Assembly (NCBI GenBank): GCA_964057225.1
Contig: CAXKVF010000076.1
Location: 744,001-808,000 of the forward strand
From: Auanema rhodensis
Lineage: Eukaryota; Animalia; Nematoda
Reading direction: 5' to 3'
DNA length: 64,000 nucleotides
Both the position numbers and the translations under genes were made by a program. Positions 57,501-64,000 of this stretch are shown here, in pieces. The notes beneath the pieces were generated by a model. The model was not told the DNA's origin. It saw only the letters and a list, made by a program, of their open reading frames with translations, and ran no database searches. Numbering within the stretch: position 1 is the first letter of the stretch; the number at the start of each line of letters is the position of its first letter.

Positions 57501-60100
57501 GCATCTCTTTATCTTTCACGTGAAGCGAGTTACATACCAAGTGCACATCACGTGTACATTTAATTAGCATAAATTAAAGTTCACGTAAACTTCAAAGTCA
57601 TGGTTACCATGAAGCAATATCAATAAAATCTTGTTTTTAGACTAATATGGACATGGGGAATCTAATTTTGAAAACCGCATCTCTTTATCTTTCACGTGAA
57701 GCGAGTTACATACCAAGTGCACATCACGTGTACATTTAATTAGCATAAATTAAAGTTCACGTAAATTTCAAAGTCATGGTTACCATGAACCAATATCAAT
57801 AAAAATTTGTTTTTAGACTAATATGGACATGGGGAATCTAATTTTGAAAACCGCATCTCTTTATCTTTCACGTGAAGCGAGTTACATACCAAGTGCACAT
57901 CACGTGTACATTTAAATAGCATAAATTAAAGTTCACGTAAATTTCAAAGTCATGGTTACCATGCACCAATATCAATAAAAATTTGTTTTTAGACTAATAT
58001 GGACATGGGGAATCTAATTTTGAAAACCGCATCTCTTTATCTTTCACGTGAAGCGAGTTACATACCAAGTGCACATCACGTGTACATTTAATTAGCATAA
58101 ATTAAAGTTCACGTAAAATTCAAAGTCATGGTTACCATGCACCAATATCAATAAAAATTTGTTTTTAGACTAATATGGACATGGGGAATCTAATTTTGAA
58201 AACCGCATCTCTTTATCTTTCACGTGAAGCGAGTTACATACCAAGTGCACATCACGTGTACATTTAATTAGCATAAATTAAAGTTCACGTAAATTTCAAA
58301 GTCATGGTTACCATGAACAAATATCAATAAAAATTTGTTTTTAGACTAATATGGACATGGGGAATCTAATTTTGAAAACCGCATCTCTTTATCTTTCACG
58401 TGAAGTGAGTTACATACCAAGTGCACATCACGTGTACATTTAATTAGCATAAATTAAAGTTCACGTAAATTTCAAAGTCATGGTTACCATGAACCAATAT
58501 CAATAAAAATTTGTTTTTAGACTAATGTGGACATGGGGAATCTAATTTTGAAAACCGCATCTCTTTATCTTTCACGTGAAGCGAGTTACATACCAAGTGC
58601 ACATCACGTGTACATTTAATTAGCATAAATTAAAGTTCACGTAAATTTCAAAGTCATGGTTACCATGAAGCAATATCAATAAAATCTTGTTTTTAGACTA
58701 ATATGGACATGGGGAATCTAATTTTGAAAACCGCATCTCTTTATCTTTCACGTGAAGCGAGTTACATACCAAGTGCACATCACGTGTACATTTAATTAGC
58801 ATAAATTAAAGTTCACGTAAATTTCAAAGTCATGGTTACCATGAACCAATATCAATAAAAATTTGTTTTTAGACTAATATGGACATGGGGAATCTAATTT
58901 TGAAAACCGCATCTCTTTATCTTTCACGTGAAGCGAGTTACATACCAAGTGCACATCACGTGTACATTTAAATAGCATAAATTAAAGTTCACGTAAATTT
59001 CAAAGTCATGGTTACCATGCACCAATATCAATAAAAATTTGTTTTTAGACTAATATGGACATGGGGAATCTAATTTTGAAAACCGCATCTCTTTATCTTT
59101 CACGTGAAGCGAGTTACATACCAAGTGCACATCACGTGTACATTTAATTAGCATAAATTAAAGTTCACGTAAAATTCAAAGTCATGGTTACCATGCACCA
59201 ATATCAATAAAAATTTGTTTTTAGACTAATATGGACATGGGGAATCTAATTTGAAAACCGCATCTCTTTATCTTTCACGTGAAGCGAGTTACATACCAAG
59301 TGCACATCACGTGTACATTTAATTAGCATAAATTAAAGTTCACGTAAATTTCAAAGTCATGGTTACCATGAACAAATATCAATAAAAATTTGTTTTTAGA
59401 CTAATATGGACATGGGGAATCTAATTTTGAAAACCGCATCTCTTTATCTTTCACGTGAAGTGAGTTACATACCAAGTGCACATCACGTGTACATTTAATT
59501 AGCATAAATTAAAGTTCACGTAAATTTCAAAGTCATGGTTACCATGAACCAATATCAATAAAAATTTGTTTTTAGACTAATGTGGACATGGGGAATCTAA
59601 TTTTGAAAACCGCATCTCTTTATCTTTCACGTGAAGCGAGTTACATACCAAGTGCACATCACGTGTACATTTAATTAGCATAAATTAAAGTTCACGTAAA
59701 TTTCAAAGTCATGGTTACCATGAAGCAATATCAATAAAAATTTGTTTTTAGACTAATATGGACATGGGGAATCTAATTTTGAAAACCGCATCTCTTTATC
59801 TTTCACGTGAAGCGAGTTACATACCAAGTGCACATCACGTGTACATTTAATTAGCATAAATTAAAGTTCACGTAAATTTCAAAGTCATGGTTACCATGAA
59901 CCAATATCAATAAAAATTTGTTTTTAGACTAATATGGACATGGGGAATCTAATTTTGAAAACCGCATCTCTTTATCTTTCACGTGAAGCGAGTTACATAC
60001 CAAGTGCACATCACGTGTACATTTAATTAGCATAAATTAAAGTTCACGTAAATTTCAAAGTCATTGTTACCATGAACCAATATCAATAAAAATTTGTTTT
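48600..60100 (-). repeat. Nested higher-order duplications (19-, 22-, 14- and 6-monomer periods); boundaries approximate
   Basis: CACATTACG at 48750/52094 (3344=19x176). AAAATCTTG at 51295, 55167, 57630 and 58686 (3872=22x176; 2463=14x176-1; 1056=6x176). Co-travelling variants include TTTAAATAG, AATGTGG, TGAACAAAT and GAAGTGAG. Confidence 0.88.
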
Positions 60101-62490
60101 TAGACTAATATGGACATGGGGAATCTAATTTGAAAACCGCATCTCTTTATCTTTCACGTGAAGCGAGTTACATACCAAGTGCACATCACGTGTACATTTA
60201 ATTAGCATAAATTAAAGTTCACGTAAATTTCAAAGTCATGGTTACCATGAACCAATATCAATAAAAATTTGTTTTTAGACTAATATGGACATGGGGAATC
60301 TAATTTTGAAAACCGCATCTCTTTATCTTTCACGTGAAGCGAGTTACATACCAAGTGCACATCACGTGTACATTTAATTAGCATAAATTAAAGTTCACGT
60401 AAATTTCAAAGTCATGGTTACCATGAACCAATATCAATAAAAATTTGTTTTTAGACTAATATGGACATGGGGAATCTAATTTTGAAAACCGCATCTCTTT
60501 ATCTTTCACGTGAAGCGAGTTACATACCAAGTGCACATCACGTGTACATTTAATTAGCATAAATTAAAGTTCACGTAAATTTCAAAGTCATGGTTACCAT
60601 GAACCAATATCAATAAAAATTTGTTTTTAGACTAATATGGACATGGGAAATCTAATTTTAAAAACCGCATTTCTTTATCTTTCACGTGAAGCGAGTTACA
60701 TACCAAGTGCACATCACGTGTACATTTAATTAGCATAAATTAAAGTTCACGTAAATTTCAAAGTCATGGTTACCATGAAGCAATATCAATAAAAATTTGT
60801 TTTTAGACTAATATGGACATGGGGAATCTAATTTGAAAACCGCATCTCTTTATCTTTCACGTGAAGCGAGTTACATACCAAGTGCACATCACGTGTACAT
60901 TTAATTAGCATAAATTAAAGTTCACGTAAATTTCAAAGTCATGGTTACCATGAACCAATATCAATAAAAATTTGTTTTTAGACTAATATGGACATGGGGA
61001 ATCTAATTTTGAAAACCGCATTTCTTTATCTCTCACGTGAAGCGAGTTACATACCAAGTGCACATCACGTGTACATTTAATTAGCATAAATTAAAGTTCA
61101 CGTAAATTTCAAAGTCATGGTTACCATGAAGCAATATCAATAAAAATTTGTTTTTAGACTAATATGGACATGGGGAATCTAATTTTGAAAACCGCATCTC
61201 TTTATCTTTCACGTGAAGCGAGTTACATACCAAGTGCACATCACGTGTACATTTAATTAGCATAAATTAAAGTTCACGTAAATTTCAAAGTCATGGTTAC
61301 CATGAACCAATATCAATAAAAATTTGTTTTTAGACTAATATGGACATGGGGAATCTAATTTTGAAAACCGCATCTCTTTATCTTTCACGTGAAGCGAGTT
61401 ACATACCAAGTGCACATCACGTGTACATTTAAATAGCATAAATTAAAGTTCACGTAAATTTCAAAGTCATGGTTACCATGAACCAATATCAATAAAAATT
61501 TGTTTTTAGACTAATATGGACATGGGGAATCTAATTTTGAAAACCGCATCTCTTTATCTTTCACGTGAAGCGAGTTACATACCAAGTGCACATCACGTGT
61601 ACATTTAATTAGCATAAATTAAAGTTCACGTAAATTTCAAAGTCATGGTTACCATGAACCAATATCAATAAAAATTTGTTTTTAGACTAATATGGACATG
61701 GGGAATCTAATTTTGAAAACCGCATCTCTTTATCTTTCACGTGAAGCGAGTTACATACCAAGTGCACATCACGTGTACATTTAATTAGCATAAATTAAAG
61801 TTCACGTAAATTTCAAAGTCATGGTTACCATGAACCAATATCAATAAAAATTTGTTTTTAGACTAATATGGACATGGGGAATCTAATTTTGAAAACCGCA
61901 TCTCTTTATCTTTCACGTGAAGCGAGTTACATACCAAGTGCACATCACGTGTACATTTAATTAGCATAAATTAAAGTTCACGTAAATTTCAAAGTCATGG
62001 TTACCATGAACCAATATCAATAAAAATTTGTTTTTAGACTAATATGGACATGGGAAATCTAATTTTGAAAACCGCATTTCTTTATCTTTCACGTGAAGCG
62101 AGTTACATACCAAGTGCACATCACGTGTACATTTAATTAGCATAAATTAAAGTTCACGTAAATTTCAAAGTCATGGTTACCATGAAGCAATATCAATAAA
62201 AATTTGTTTTTAGACTAATATGGACATGGGGAATCTAATTTTGAAAACCGCATCTCTTTATCTTTCACGTGAAGCGAGTTACATACCAAGTGCACATCAC
62301 GTGTACATTTAATTAGCATAAATTAAAGTTCACGTAAAATTCAAAGTCATGGTTACCATGCACCAATATCAATAAAAATTTGTTTTTAGACTAATATGGA
62401 CATGGGGAATCTAATTTTGAAAACCGCATTTCTTTATCTTTCACGTGAAGCGAGTTACATACCAAGTGCACATCACGTGTACATTTAATT

Positions 62491-62520
62491 AGCATAAATT
62501 ATAGCAATAGACATGGGGAA
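62491..62520 (-). other. Single truncated monomer (111 bp): 73-bp deletion with 8-bp filler TAGCAATA
   Basis: AGCATAAATTA-TAGCAATA-GACATGGGG. The net phase shift is -65 bp relative to consensus. Confidence 0.9.
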
Positions 62521-64000
62521 TCTAATTTTGAAAACCGCATCTCTTTATCTTTCACGTGAAGCGAGTTACATACCAAGTGCACATCACGTGTACATTTAAT
62601 TAGCATAAATTAAAGTTCACGTAAATTTCAAAGTCATGGTTACCATGAACCAATATCAATAAAAATTTGTTTTTAGACTAATATGGACATGGGAAATCTA
62701 ATTTTGAAAACCGCATTTCTTTATCTTTCACGTGAAGCGAGTTACATACCAAGTGCACATCACGTGTACATTTAATTAGCATAAATTAAAGTTCACGTAA
62801 ATTTCAAAGTCATGGTTACCATGAAGCAATATCAATAAAAATTTGTTTTTAGACTAATATGGACATGGGGAATCTAATTTTGAAAACCGCATCTCTTTAT
62901 CTTTCACGTGAAGCGAGTTACATACCAAGTGCACATCACGTGTACATTTAATTAGCATAAATTAAAGTTCACGTAAATTTCAAAGTCATGGTTACCATGA
63001 ACAAATATCAATAAAAATTTGTTTTTAGACTAATATGGACATGGGGAATCTAATTTGAAAACCGCATCTCTTTATCTTTCACGTGAAGTGAGTTACATAC
63101 CAAGTGCACATCACGTGTACATTTAATTAGCATAAATTAAAGTTCACGTAAATTTCAAAGTCATGGTTACCATGAACCAATATCAATAAAAATTTGTTTT
63201 TAGACTAATGTGGACATGGGGAATCTAATTTTGAAAACCGCATCTCTTTATCTTTCACGTGAAGCGAGTTACATACCAAGTGCACATCACGTGTACATTT
63301 AATTAGCATAAATTAAAGTTCACGTAAATTTCAAAGTCATGGTTACCATGAAGCAATATCAATAAAAATTTGTTTTTAGACTAATATGGACATGGGGAAT
63401 CTAATTTTGAAAACCGCATCTCTTTATCTTTCACGTGAAGCGAGTTACATACCAAGTGCACATCACGTGTACATTTAATTAGCATAAATTAAAGTTCACG
63501 TAAATTTCAAAGTCATGGTTACCATGAACCAATATCAATAAAAATTTGTTTTTAGACTAATATGGACATGGGGAATCTAATTTTGAAAACCGCATCTCTT
63601 TATCTTTCACGTGAAGCGAGTTACATACCAAGTGCACATCACGTGTACATTTAATTAGCATAAATTAAAGTTCACGTAAATTTCAAAGTCATGGTTACCA
63701 TGCACCAATATCAATAAAAATTTGTTTTTAGACTAATATGGACATGGGGAATCTAATTTTGAAAACCGCATCTCTTTATCTTTCACGTGAAGCGAGTTAC
63801 ATACCAAGTGCACATCACGTGTACATTTAATTAGCATAAATTAAAGTTCACGTAAATTTCAAAGTCATGGTTACCATGAACCAATATCAATAAAAATTTG
63901 TTTTTAGACTAATATGGACATGGGGAATCTAATTTTGAAAACCGCATCTCTTTATCTTTCACGTGAAGCGAGTTACATACCAAGTGCACATCACGTGTAC

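Larger units (their letters stand above)
5431..64000 (-). repeat. Same 176-bp satellite, reverse-complement block (~335 monomers; runs off window end)
   Basis: From 5431 the sequence reads AGCATAAATTAAAGTTCACGTAAATTTCAAAGTCATGGTTACCATG..., the reverse complement of the forward monomer. The 176-bp periodicity continues to the window end. Confidence 0.99.

Noticed and set aside
57120-63060. Sporadic 1-bp homopolymer contractions (CTAATTTGAAAA, CATGGGAATC)
   Set aside because: They do not consistently follow the duplicated blocks and cannot be distinguished from long-read homopolymer error.
1-64000. CRISPR array
   Set aside because: There are no unique spacers: the entire 176-bp unit is repeated, and no cas genes are present.
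1-64000. Protein-coding repeat ORF
   Set aside because: 176 is not a multiple of 3, so reading frames rotate through frequent TAA/TGA/TAG stops on both strands. No long ORF is possible.

Overview
The whole 64 kb is one AT-rich (~32% GC) tandem satellite array of a 176-bp monomer, about 365 copies that differ from the consensus by only a few bases. There are no genes, RNA genes, transposons or CRISPR spacers. Monomer length and homogeneity fit eukaryotic centromeric or pericentromeric satellite, but neither the organism nor the function can be determined from sequence alone. The informative features are structural. (1) The orientation switches once, at 5430/5431, and rare variants mirror across it (5098 pairs with 5529), so it looks like a fold-back inverted duplication forming a multi-kb palindrome. 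(2) A phase-shift junction lies at 3267/3268. (3) A 137-bp monomer with a 39-bp deletion occurs 8 times between 28.3 and 46.2 kb. (4) Nested segmental duplications of 6-22 monomers act as nascent higher-order repeats. (5) A deletion with an 8-bp filler lies at ~62502. (6) An indel-rich stretch at ~18.5-23.4 kb is probably low-quality consensus. The monomer carries three ACGTG/E-box cores 32-33 bp apart, one matching the CDEI consensus RTCACRTG, plus several dyad symmetries. I found no new protein-coding system.
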